Shown: in pieces, positions 43,501-56,700 of the stretch
How the letters are laid out: the number at the start of each line of letters is the position of its first letter
How positions within the stretch are numbered: the first letter of the stretch is position 1
Assembly (NCBI GenBank): GCA_964016885.1
Contig: OZ024758.1
Location: 6,944,001-7,008,000 of the forward strand
From: Eledone cirrhosa
Taxonomy: Eukaryota
Length of the DNA stretch: 64,000 nucleotides
Reading direction: 5' to 3'
Made by a program: the position numbers and the translations under genes
Notes under the pieces: generated by a model
What the model was told of the DNA's origin: nothing
Databases searched by the model: none
The model's input: the letters and a program-made list of their open reading frames with translations, nothing else

Positions 43501-46500
43501 CTTTACTGTGAAAATACAATAGCATATATAGCATAATCATCATCATCATCACCGTTATACATCCGTTCTTCCACGCTAATATGGCTTAAGTCGGGTTGTC
43601 CTGTTGGTGGCAGTGTCCGGTCAGCTGACCTTGTCTTGCTCATACGGGGACTGATTCTGGCTTGATTTCTACAGCTGGATGCCCTTCCTAACACTAACCT
43701 CATTTACAGTGAGTGGTGGGTGCTTTTTTTTCCCGTGGTGCCTACACATCCATTTTTACAGTGTGGGCTGGGTGCTTTTTTTGCCATGGAATGATAGGGA
43801 CCCCAGTCCTATCATCTCATTTCTACAGCTGAGTAAACTGGAGCAATGTGAAATAAAGTGTCTTGCTCAAAGAAACAACACATCACCTGGTCTGAGAATT
43901 GAACTTGGACTGGGTAAATGCTAAAGGGTTAAATTACGAATGTCAGGTGAAGAGTATAAAGTTTGTACTTTGTATTTTTCATTCTAAATCATAATTCTAG
44001 CTGTAATATTCTAGTACATATTCAAAATATAAGGAAGTGTGACAATTAAAATTTAAGGGTCACTACAGCTCTAGAACTCCACTAGTCAGTAACACAAACT
44101 GACCCTTGAACTTATATGATGCTGGGTGATTTTCTGGGACATTTTTTGAAAACAAAGTGTGTCTTATAAGCTGTCAGATATGGTATTTACTTCTACTTTA
44201 TTAAAGAAAGATTTTTGTGGGAAAATAAACCACTTCCTTCAGAAAAAATGTTGACGCAGATATTTTTTGTTAAATTTCATTAAAAAACATCTTTTTCTAT
44301 ATCAGGAAATGAACCATAATTTATATTTTGATCATTTTTGCAAATTGTTACTTTTTATTTTTTCAGTATTCACCCAAGTTAAATCACAAGAAGAAATCAC
44401 TATATGGCAGGAAACTTCGACCACAGTCAGTCATTGGTATGTTCTAGATTGTTCTGACTTATCTTTATAGTAACTTTGATGTCATGTACTGTTTTGAGTT
44501 ATTGTTATTAATGTTATAGGAAAAGAGAGGGCGGTGGATTGACAGAATTGGTCGTGTCGGACAACATGCTTTGCGACATAGTTACGACCCTTTACGTTCT
44601 GAGTTCAAATCCCGCCAAAGTTAGCTTTGCCTTTCGTCCTTACAAGGTCGATAAAATAAAGTACCAGTAATGCACTGGGTTAATTTAATCGACTTTCCTC
44701 TATTGTTGGCCTTATGTCTCAAATCAGAAACCATTATTTTAGGGCGGTGGATTGGCAGTATCGGTAGAGGGTCGGACACCATGCTTTGCAGCATAATTAT
44801 GGCCCTTTATGGTCTGAGTTCAAATCCCGCCGAGGTTAACTTTGCTTTCATCCTCACGAGGTTGATAAAATAAAGTACCAGTAATGTACTGGAATAATTG
44901 CTGGCCTTGTGCCAAAAGTAGAAACAATTATTATAAGGAAAACTGACAAACTAAAACCTTTCTTTAGTTAAAACCCTTCAAGGTTGGCTTTGTCATTCAT
45001 CTCAGTTGAAAACTGTAAACTTACTGAAATCAATTCAATCAACAGAAAAATTCTACTTTGTGTCAAAGTTAAAATTCATTATTATTGTTGTTTTTGATCA
45101 TTGCCGAGGTTAACTTTGCCTTTCATCCTTACGGGGTCGATAAAATAAAGTACCAGTAATGCACTGGGTAATTGCTGGCCTTGTGCCAAAAGTAGAAACA
45201 ATTATTTTGTTGAAATTAATTGTATCATTACCATCGTTTATAGTTGTATATTGTTTTCAATTTAATTAATTACAACTCTTTTGTCTTCCGAAAAATCCTT
45301 AATTAAATCTTGTCAAAAATGTTATGAGGATTAAATGGTTATGAAACTTGGCTTCTGTTTCTGGTATTCCAGTATTCTACTCTATTATAAAAGACACACA
45401 AATCTACTTCTTTTACACAGAGATGCTGCAAGCTTAATTGAGATTGATGCTTATTCTATTTGCCTTTACAATGCACATATTTTTATATTATTTAAAAACA
45501 ACTCTGATCTTTTAAACAGAGTTATAATTACCATTCGTGGTGTGGGTTGCATGTAGTGGCACATTATTTAATCTAATATTAGTTCATCTGTGAGATAACT
45601 CTCAGCTCTCACTTAACTATTTAGTCTCTCTCCTGCAGCTATCTTTTTCTATATTATTTCTCACATTTCTTCATTCTACATCTGTCGTCTGTTTACATTA
45701 TGAAAGCTTTCTATGAATTCTATTTACATCTCGATATCAGTGAAGGTATTATATAGCATCTCGTACTTATGATGCTCAGTTGCTTGTTTCAAATCTCTTA
45801 GCCTCTCTGCTTTTATACATCTCATGAACTATACTCTTCATTCTTCTCCAATTGTTGAATGCTGTTTCTAATTGGAAACCATATTTTATCCTTCATGGAG
45901 GCATTAGAGGTTGAGGGATAGAAATATAGTTATTGTTGTCTAGAGTCTAGATCCAGTACAGCTCTAATTGAGAAGATTAAGACCAAAGGTGTTTCAGCTA
46001 TGACTATCTTGCCTTTAATCAGAAATAGTATATCTAGGACTACATTATTCAGTCTTCTTGTTTCTTTGAAGCAAGCACAGTGGTCATATAACACAGCTTT
46101 CCTCTTCTCCATACAACTCTTTCAAATCTCCAAAGTCTTTTAGGCTGCATTAGTTGGGTAGCAGAGAGCTGATAAGGCAGTGATTCATTATCTAGTTTGC
46201 TTCTCCATATTTGAAAGTTGCTGAGATAATCTTGTGGCCCCAATGTGTCCTTTTAAAGCTAATTGGAGAGAATTTGAAAGAAATTTGTTATTTTGTTTCG
46301 GTTAAGTTACCATGTTCAGATTGTCTTGTTAAAAATTATATATTGCCAATGAACATTGCATCTCTCTAAACCTCTTGCATCAGATAATATATGCAGGATG
46401 GTAAATGAAGGCCAATGGTATAAATAAAACTGAGGACTTTGGATAAGTCCATAGGGTAGCAAATCACAATCTCTGTGAACAGGACAAAAAACTATCCCAA

Positions 46501-46685
46501 TGTTCAGCATTAATGATGCCAGCTAGTTTATAATACCTCGCTACTATTTTAGTTGTATATTATCATTACTTTTTAGCCGTTTCCACTTTTATTTGTTTTG
46601 GTTTGTCATATATATATATATATATATATATGAAATCATCAAATAGTACAGATATCTATATTATATAGTATTCTATTGACTTTGA

Positions 46686-46751
<66 letters not shown>

Positions 46752-48001
46752 TATATCAATCAGTTTTGTAACTTGCTTGAAGCAGTGTTGAATAGGAAAC
46801 ACAATTTAAATTTTGTAAACCATACAATGCGTTATGAAGAATGCTAAATTGCCAAGATAACAAAAGAATCTTACCTCAGCAAATTTAAAGATCCCAAATA
46901 TTTTCGGGTCTAAAAACCTATTATCAAGGGAGTAACCCTATAAGGGACTTAAAAAATCGATCGGAGAGACTTCATTGTTTGGAGAGGAGATTTATATGTG
47001 ATATACAAAATATCCAAGATGTCATCTTTACTCAGATTTGATCTTGTGTCTAATTAAAAGAAGTTGATAATCATTTAGTAATAGGAATGTGAATAGAATA
47101 GCTAAATTTTCTGTTGATAGCTAAGTTAGTAGTTGATGTCCTGGCAACAGTAGCAAGACTCTTAATTCTACTTTACAGAGGCTATGGAATTAATGGTGAA
47201 ATTATGTTATACCAATCTAACATGTATTGTGGACATATTGTCTGGTGCAAAGATGTTATTTTTATTGTATTTGTTATTTTTCAAATTTATTTATTTATTT
47301 ATTTATTGTGGGCAATTTTAAATATACATGCTAATTCATTCATGCTACAAGGGTCACCTGAAATGTTCATAGGCTGATTTAAGATACTCTCATGGAATGA
47401 CCAAATGAGGGGTATTTTTCAATATAGTCCCTGGAAAGAAACGATGCAGTTATTAAGAATTTCACAGCTCTAGCATCACTCCTTCAGCCTATGAACTTTT
47501 CAGCTGACCCTCGTACTTCATTCATTAAGCTTTATTCATCTATGATATATTTATCTCCAATGCCTAACTGTTAATCAGATCACGATGCTGTGCAACAAGC
47601 ATTGAAGATGCACGCTGACAAGTCAGTAATGCACGCCTGCGGTGAGGAGCAGGAGGAGGTGGTGACAGAAGAAGAAACTGAGGCTGCGGAAGATAGTGAA
47701 ATAGGGAGTAATGCTGGTGGCATACATGGTGGGGTTGCTAGCAACTCAGAGATGATGAATCATAGTACAATATCATTTGGGTCTGAAATGTCTCTCAGTA
47801 GTCTCCTTTCACTGGCTGGCAGTTCCCACAGACATCCTGATCTTGGTCCTAACAGGATGACTAAGTCAGCAAGTAAGAGAAGCTCACTCCGTCTTGCAAG
47901 TTGAATGCTGCATTAGATGTATTATTAAACATAACTAATGTTTAATATCCTTTCCCCTCTTTTTGGCTTACTGTCTTGTGTGTATATTGTCTCTGTGTGT
48001 A

Positions 48002-48053
<52 letters not shown>

Positions 48054-48067
48054 TGTCTCTGTGTGTA

Positions 48068-48105
<38 letters not shown>

Positions 48106-48247
48106 GAAAAGAGCCAGGACCCCAATGGCTGGGCTTCGGCTGTCGGAGTTGTGACTCTTTTCCTATTACCCACTCTAGTACCCTAAGTATTGAGTACTCT
48201 GGTGCGTTATGGTCCACCTGGTATGTTATCTTACCACACCCTCTTTG

Positions 48248-48279
<32 letters not shown>

Positions 48280-48481
48280 GTGTGCGTGTGTGTGTGTAGA
48301 TAGTATCAAAGGTGCAAATTAATTGTGTCCATAGGTGGTATGCCAATATGGACACTCAGTGCTCGTGGGAAGCAGAGTATCAATAATAATAATATATAAA
48401 GGAACAAAGAATCTGATTGACAGTGAAACATATGTAATAAAATATATGATGCAATGCTGATTCTTTGTTCCCTTGTATGTT

Positions 48482-48523
<42 letters not shown>

Positions 48524-50711
48524 TTATGACAAACAAGAGAAAGAATGCTGCTCAGTATATATTGTAAAGTATAATTATTTGACTGGTGCTATCTGTTTCT
48601 CTACTTGGTTGTTCTATATTCTCAAAGATTTCCTTGATGTTGGTACCACCACTTCAAAGAATCATTTGGAAATGCAGAATCCCTAAGAAACAATACAGAT
48701 GGCATCAGCCGAATATATTACAAATGCGCGCGCACACTCATACTGCATGTAACCCTATAAATAGTAATATACACTCACAGCATGCTGAAAGTAGTATAAC
48801 AAAACACTATTAGTCATTTGTCCATTTTACTTATTATGTTAATATCGAGCAATATACTGATTGAAAATCTAGCAGTGAGAGTCGTTAACTATTGCCTCTA
48901 GGTTTTTGTTTTCCTTCTCCAACTAAAATGAGAATTTTGATTACAAATGTTCCAAATACTACATTTATTACATCTCCCCCTAATTTAATTAACCAAATTC
49001 ACACCATTGCTATATTTATAATGAGGAAAACATTTGCTAATGATTTTTCCCATAATTTTGAAAATAATCAACAATTCGGAATGATTTAATAATATAACTA
49101 ATTTGTTCAATAACTTAAATGTTCTTATATAAAATTAACATGAAAGTGTTTTAGATAAATATAAACATTTTAAAACAAATGACTTAGTATTGTAAAATCG
49201 GGGGTGGTTTGGTTTCAAATGGTTTAAACATTTGTTTTGAGAGATGGAATAGCACAATGGCAGATTCTTAATAAATTGAATCTACAATCAAGTTTGGATT
49301 CCTAGTGGATTCCATTACAGTAGGTATTGTTAACTACTGAGCTGCATATTATCTGATTGTGTGCCAGAAGTTTTTGAGATGAATAAAAAAAGTATCAGGC
49401 CATTTTGAAAGCTTGAGTGTTTTTTATGCACCACACGATGCAGTCATCTCTATTAAAAAGCAGATGGTATGTGTGGCACTATCGACACCTTATTCAGTGT
49501 GCCATGACTCACAGAAGGAAGCTCCCTTCAGTCATGACTGACCATAAGTTTTGCACCTAGAAAGTTCCTCTCTGAGACACAAGCCTCAGAAAGGTGTTTT
49601 TGTGGAAGACACGCAGTCACCCATGGATACTAGTTTCCCTTCTTCACATCACCAATGTCAAAGGGAAAGACAAAGGTTGTTACAACTTGGCACTAGTGAT
49701 ATCATTTTTTCTAGTTGAATGAACTGGAACAAAATGAAACAAAATGCCTTGTTCAAGGACACAACATACCATCTAGTCTGGGAATCGAACTCAAGACTTC
49801 ATGGTTGTGAACCCAACACCCTAACCACTAGGTCACATGCCTTCCATGACTCACTTATACATAAAAAAGAATATTATAAAATTATATCCTCTGATAGGTT
49901 TTATGTACAATTAAGAAACTCTTATCTGAGTATTGAAACCCTTCAATCTTTCAGTATATATTTGTGATATGTTAATAACTACATATACCATCACCCGTGT
50001 GTATTGTGCTACATGGTATGACTGTTGTTATGTTTTTGTCAAGTGTTTTCTTGTAATTGCTTCATCTGCGTGCTTGTATCTTTATATAATTGTATAACTG
50101 CATGTTATGTCATAATCTAGTTTTACACAACGGCTGTGTTTGCAGATATGATATCGTTTTTGTTGTCTTTAAAGAGTAAAAAAAAAAAAAAAAACACACA
50201 TGATAAAAAGATGGAAATGTTCACTAAGTTAATTTGGATCATTAAGTTAGCTTGATCTAATTAAAATTTAGAAAGTGAAAATAACTATTGCATGCTTTTG
50301 ACATTACATCTAACCAGGCTTTTGTTGTTGTTGTTGTTGTTGTTTCAATTGTTGTTTATTATCATTGGAAAAAGTGGAGGGTAGTTGAGAAGATGAAATG
50401 AGAAGTGATAGATATGAAATCTTCAAGCAGGTACAAGCCTGACACCCATTGTTAGTTTATTACTGGAGTGCTTCAATATATATTTGATATATATTTCTCT
50501 TTATCGAGCCCTCTTTGGATTTTAATCTTCACATTTATTATTATTACTATATATATATATATGTGGAGAAGTATATAAAGGAGAAGAAACTGTTTAAACA
50601 TGTTTATTTAAAACAGCATCTACGTACGTTTCGCCCGAAAGGGCTTCTCAAGGGCATAAAAAACTAAAAAGTGTTACATGTATCGCCTATCTCTTCTTCT
50701 CTCTCTTGATA

Positions 50712-50753
<42 letters not shown>

Positions 50754-53700
50754 TTGTCTGACGATCCTGTGAGTACTCCAGAGTAACAAGACTCATCACT
50801 TTAGATTCAAACCTAACATAATTTTTTGTAAAATCCTTTTCTTAAGTCATCTTAAAATCACTAACTTAATCATAAAATTGGTCATTTTACTAAATCTGTA
50901 ATATGAAAAAATAGATATTAACCCTTTAGCATTTGCATTACTTTATATTTACTATTGTAATTTCACGGTAAAGATTTCATCTTACATAATTAGCTCACAT
51001 AATATCGAATCTACAAAATTTTGATGTCATTTATTTTGAGAACAATACCTTAACATCAATATGAGCGGCCGGTTACAGCTGGTTTGAACAGAAAGAGGTG
51101 AGAGAGTTCTGACCAGATACGGCCAGTTTAAATGCTAAAGGGTTAAATGATAAAACTAATGATGAGGTAGTATATCTCTTTAGAATAGTCAAAGCAAGTT
51201 TTAAAATGTATCTCACTTGACTTGAAAGTTCTTTTGCTTTGTTCTGCCATGTATTTTTATCTCTGAAATTCTCATACTTTTTTTCTTTTTGAAAACTTAA
51301 TTAAATGAAAATGAAAATAAGCTTTGTTGTGCTGTCTATAATGTTAATGAACACTTTTTGTTGAAGGTAGAAATCTAATCCTATATTGATATATTTTTCT
51401 TTGTCAAACATTTTCAAACAATATGCATGAACGCATGAACTCTTATTTGCTTATTTGTTTGTTATATTTGCTTTATTCTTGGTTGTTGTTGTTGTTGTTG
51501 TTTTTCTTATTATTATTGTTGTTGTTGTATAATATTTCCAGTGTTTACATGTTATATATTTAATGATAGTTGCTACAGATGACCTAAAGCAGGGATGTCA
51601 AACTGAGGGTCCTCCGAGGTCCACATGGGTCACACGTGTTGTCTGAGGGCCACATGGGTCACACATGTGTTGTCTGAAGGCCACATGGGTCACACATGTG
51701 TTGTCTGAAGGCCACATGGGTCACACATGTGTTGTCTGAAGGCCACATGGGTCACACATGTGTTGTCTGAAGGCCACATGGGTCACACATGTGTTGTCTG
51801 AAGGCCACATGGGTCACACATGTGTTGTCTGAATGCCACATGGGTCACACGTGTGTTGTCTGAAGGCCACATGGGTCACACATGTGTTGTCTGAAGGCCA
51901 CACACGACAACTAATTGCGCACATTACAACTAATTTTATGAAGATAAAATATGCTCGCGCTGTAAAAACCCTTGTGTGGGTCGCATGTTTGACATACCTG
52001 ACCTAAAGGACACCAAACTATCGGCTGAAGAGTTGATAGCTGGTTCAATTATTAGTACTGCTTAGTATCCTTTAAAATATTTATTTTTCTATAACCAAAC
52101 CCACCTCACTGTAAATAGATTTTGCAAGAGAATATAGTTTACTATGGGAAACAGCAGTAGCACTGTATCATTGATGAGTGTTCTATCATATTTTTTCATT
52201 TTTTGCTTAAACTAATCCTACTATTATCTTACCTTTCTTTGTATATCTGTCCGTTTCTAGACATTCAAGTAAGTTATATGACTTTTCATTGTCAAAAGAA
52301 TCCATCAATATGCGATCAATCCTGTTGACTTATAGCTGGTGTCCAGGAGAATCCCATCAGTATGTGATCAATCCTGTTGACTTATAGCAAGTGCCCAGGG
52401 AAATCCAGTTCGTCTTCTATTTGCACCTGTAGGAGGAATTGAACTCAGCACTTGGAGTTAACAAAGCATTTGTTATTTTGACAGTTCTGTTGCTATTTAC
52501 TGTAGCAGCTGTCCCTACCTGATGGTGCCAGTTTACAGCCAGTTAGAGGTAAACTTGGCCATTTAAAAGGTAAATGTCTTCACCAGAAACACAACACAAA
52601 GCTGATGATAGGATTCATACCACTAACTTTTTAGCTAGTTGTTTGGTACCCTATCACCCCCCCCCCCCTCACATACAATAATATACTACCTATGAGATAA
52701 TATTGTATAATAAATAGGACACTCGCATATTAGAAATAAAAATTATATGGCAGTGTTGAGGAAATTTTAAAATAGGATTTGAAAGAAAAGTTGGTTAGAT
52801 TTTCTTGAGGGGAAACTAATTTAATTGGTTTTAATTATTTTTATATATATATTTACAGTTGATGCTTTTGATACATCAGGAAGCTTGGAAGACTTAAAAC
52901 CAAGTAAATATTGTAATTATTATTATTCTTTTTCAATACTTACTGTACAAGTGTTGGCTGAGAGGTTCATAGGCTGACCATGATACTCTCATGGAATGAA
53001 CAAATGGGGTTTATTTTTCAACATAGTCCTTGAAAAGAAATAATGCAGTTATTAATAAGAAGAGTTGAAATTAATGCATGCAAGATTTCACAGCTCTAGC
53101 AACACCCCTTCATAGTCAGCCTATGGACTCTTCAGTCCAGCCTCGTACATAGTTTCATTTCATTTTATTATTAGTTTAAATACTTCTGTGGTCAACTTTT
53201 ACCTCTTGTTGGTCCAATAGTTATAAGCAAAAGAGTGACCGCTGGTTGAAAGGTGACAATACTGGACCATGTTATCACTTCAAAATGCAATATTTGTTCT
53301 ATTCTATTTTGATGATCTACTGTTTTTCATTATATAAGCGGATGTAAAATGATGATGATATATATATATATATAATCATGATATATAAATATTTATCTTA
53401 TTTGCCTGTTGTCCTCGAAACAAGATGGTTTCTATCCCTATGAATCCATAAACCTTTCAACTATATCACAGCCATCCGTAGGTTTCATCTCTTCAAGTCT
53501 GGACCTTCAAGTAACTTTCTGTTCACATTCTGAACATATTTATAATTTATCTCCATAATATTTGCTTATCTTCCCCCCCCCCCCGACAAATTTTCTGTAA
53601 CAATATACACCACGATGGCTCTCTATCTCTCTTTCTCACTCTCTCTATCTCTCTCTATCTCTCTTTCTCACTCTCTCTATATCTCTCTCTCTCCTTCACA

Positions 53701-56700
53701 CTCTATGATCTATTTCTCATTCATTTATTCACCTGTTTGTATTTACTTATCTTCAACGACAATATACGCCACGATGGCTATCTATCTCTCAATTTTCCTC
53801 CCACCCACCCCCACACACCACCGTAGACTCGGCGACCAATCAAACCACAACACACATCTTTACCCATTACCTGCAGCAACAAATGCTGCTACTACTACTA
53901 TCTTATTCCCTTTTTTTTTTTTTCAAAATGTCCTTGTAAAACCAGGGAGCATCTTATATGAATGGGTGTCCAATAGGCCAGCCCATGGGGCAGCTAATAC
54001 AAAGGGGTGTCCAATAAGCCAGCCCAAGGGCATCTTATAGGAAGGGGTGTCCAATAGGCCAGATGGCATCTTATACAAAGGGGTGTCCAATAGGCCAGCA
54101 AGTACGATATTTAGGATTAACAAGAGCTATTAAATTAATAAACTAATTAATAAAGTGGACATGTAAAAGACACAACAAAAAGCACCCAGCCCACACTGTA
54201 AATGCGGTTGGTGTTAGGAAGGGCATCCAGCCGTAGAAAACCAGCCAGAAACACCACTATATATATGTGAGCAAGACACGGTCACCTGACCCAACTTGCC
54301 TCAAAATAGGACCCGTCTAACCCATACTAGTGTGGAAGATGGTCGTTAATCGATGTATCCCTCAGTTTATTATATATTCTTTTTATTTATCTAGGCATGA
54401 AGCAGTCCCTTGATAGCTTGAATTTTGACTCCATGACAACAAGTGTAACATCATTGCCTTCTAATAGTAGCCTAGAGTTTGATATTTCTCCTGCACATAA
54501 GCTACAACACATCAACAAGGCACGACCAAAGCGCAAGAAAAATCATGCCATCACTAAGCCACAGGCATTGGTTATTAACGAAGTAGAAGACATTAAACCT
54601 AATGAGGGCCTAAACAAATTTTTTGGCAATGTAAGAACCATGAAAGAAACGGTTTCAACACCAGAAGACATTGGCCAACTTCCAAGAGAGAAACATCAAT
54701 TAGACATGAATAGATATTCCTCTTTGAGTGAAGCTGATAAACCTTTACAAGAGAAGAACGACAAAATTGAAGTCAGGTAAATATTGTTTGTTTGTTTCTT
54801 TTCGTATTTTTTTAATGAACTTTAGAGTATACAAAGTTCACAAAAAGGTGATTGTATCCGGAGGGCTGTTGCTACTTACTGCCCCTGTGCACCAGTGCCA
54901 CATGTAAAACCTACATTCTTTGATAGCCATAGTAGCAATAAAAAAAATCTTCTCTTCTTCATTAGAAAGGACTTTAAACTGATAAAATTTATGCTTATTG
55001 AAAAAGAGACTGCTAGCTGGGACAGGCTATAGAGAGAAGAGTGACTCAATAGTGGAAAAGTAGGGTGAATGAAACAATTAAGGCCAAGAAATAGGCCTTG
55101 TGGGTAGGAAGCAGAGAACACTACCAAGAAGCTAGGTGACAAGTATACTTTGCAAGGAGGGAAGCAGAAAATAAAATATTTAAGCATGTTTTGCGATGTG
55201 AGGACCAAAGACGTAAAGTATTCAGGATTGTGAGGCAATGTGTCAAAGAAAATTGTGATGTTGGTGAGAAGTGTGTTTGAGATAATGGCATACTTGTCCT
55301 CACTAATTCTGAAAAGAAAGTAGCATGGAAGTGCCATTATGAAAGACTGATGAATGAGGAGAATGCATGGGAGTAAGATAGTCTTCCCCAAGTGGACTCA
55401 ACAGAGGTACCAGCTGTACAAGTCAGCAGCAGTGAAGTAAGGCAATGAAGTATATGACGACAGGCAAAGCAGTTGGACTGTTGGGAATAGTTGCTGAGAT
55501 GCTGAAAGCATTTGGGGTGGTAGAACTCACCTTAACCATTTGTATCGTAAACGAAGTAATACAGAATGGTTTTATACCCAATGACTGGTGTAAATCACAT
55601 TATCATCAACTGCTACAAAGGCAAAAGAGATAGAGGAAACGATAGAGGCATCAAGTTGATGAACCAAGTCATGAAGGTTACAGAAAGAGTTATTGCACAG
55701 CTGATTAGGGACCGAGTTAACATTCCAAGACCTTGTGTTATGATGGATATACATCATCTTCATCATCATCATCACTTATGTGGGTTTGATGGGTCCTTCT
55801 CAGTACAGAATCTCTCCACTTGTTACATCCTTTGTCATTTCCTCCATATGAGGACCACTTTAACAATCTGAGGTCAACTCTCACCACTCCAGTAGCTGGA
55901 AAACAAATTTCTCTCTCATTTTCTAGTAAAGGCTTTCAACTAATCAAATCGTTCTAATTTGTTTGTTGGATTATTTACTTGGTAATGTTTTGTATATTTT
56001 ATATATATATATATATTTATTTATTTATTTTTGTTTGTTTTTGTAGTCCAAAACATGAAGCCAAACCTGAAGTGAAAAAGAAAAACTGGAATCCTTTTGC
56101 TCGGAAGGAAAGGTATGAGATTAAGAACTTCCTCCTCCTTTCTTTTTCTTTTTCCTCTTTTTTCTTTTTCTATTTTTTCTTTCTTTTTTTCTTCTTTTTT
56201 TCTTTTTTCTCTTTTTTCTTTTTTTTCTTTTTTCCTTTTTCTTTCTTTTCTTTTTCTTTTTCTTCTTGTTTGCCCCCTTATTCCTGGGAGGTCTGAAGGA
56301 ATAAGTGGGCAGGGATTAAGAACCTTCTCATTCCATGAGAGTATCTTGGTCAGCCTATGAACTTCTCAGCTGACCCTTGTATATTTTTTTTGTTTCTATT
56401 GTGTTTAATACAATGTAGTTTCATCACTAAAATGAGGATGTGATTATATCTGTTCTGTTTCCAGGATTCCTAACCCTTTTGCAAAGAAACCTAAACCTGA
56501 AAGTCCGAAGCACAGTCAAAAGTCATTTGAAGCCGACAATGTGAAAGATGAACCAAAAGTAAATGATAGGAAAAGCAGTTCACCTTCCATAGTAGTTCCT
56601 GAAGGTTTGTTATTGAATACAATTATGTTGTTGTTGTTGCATTTATTGGTGTTATCTTCTGAAAGGAAATATAGTCTACTTGGTCATATCTGACAATGTT

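Noticed and set aside
50121-50175. Alternative small exon candidates (50146-50175 phase 1-1; 50121-50175 phase 1-2)
   Set aside because: Weak donor (aga|gtaaaa) and no homology support; cannot be excluded without RNA data.
54876-55391. 171-aa minus-strand ORF
   Set aside because: Antisense to a degraded LINE ORF2; no recognisable protein.
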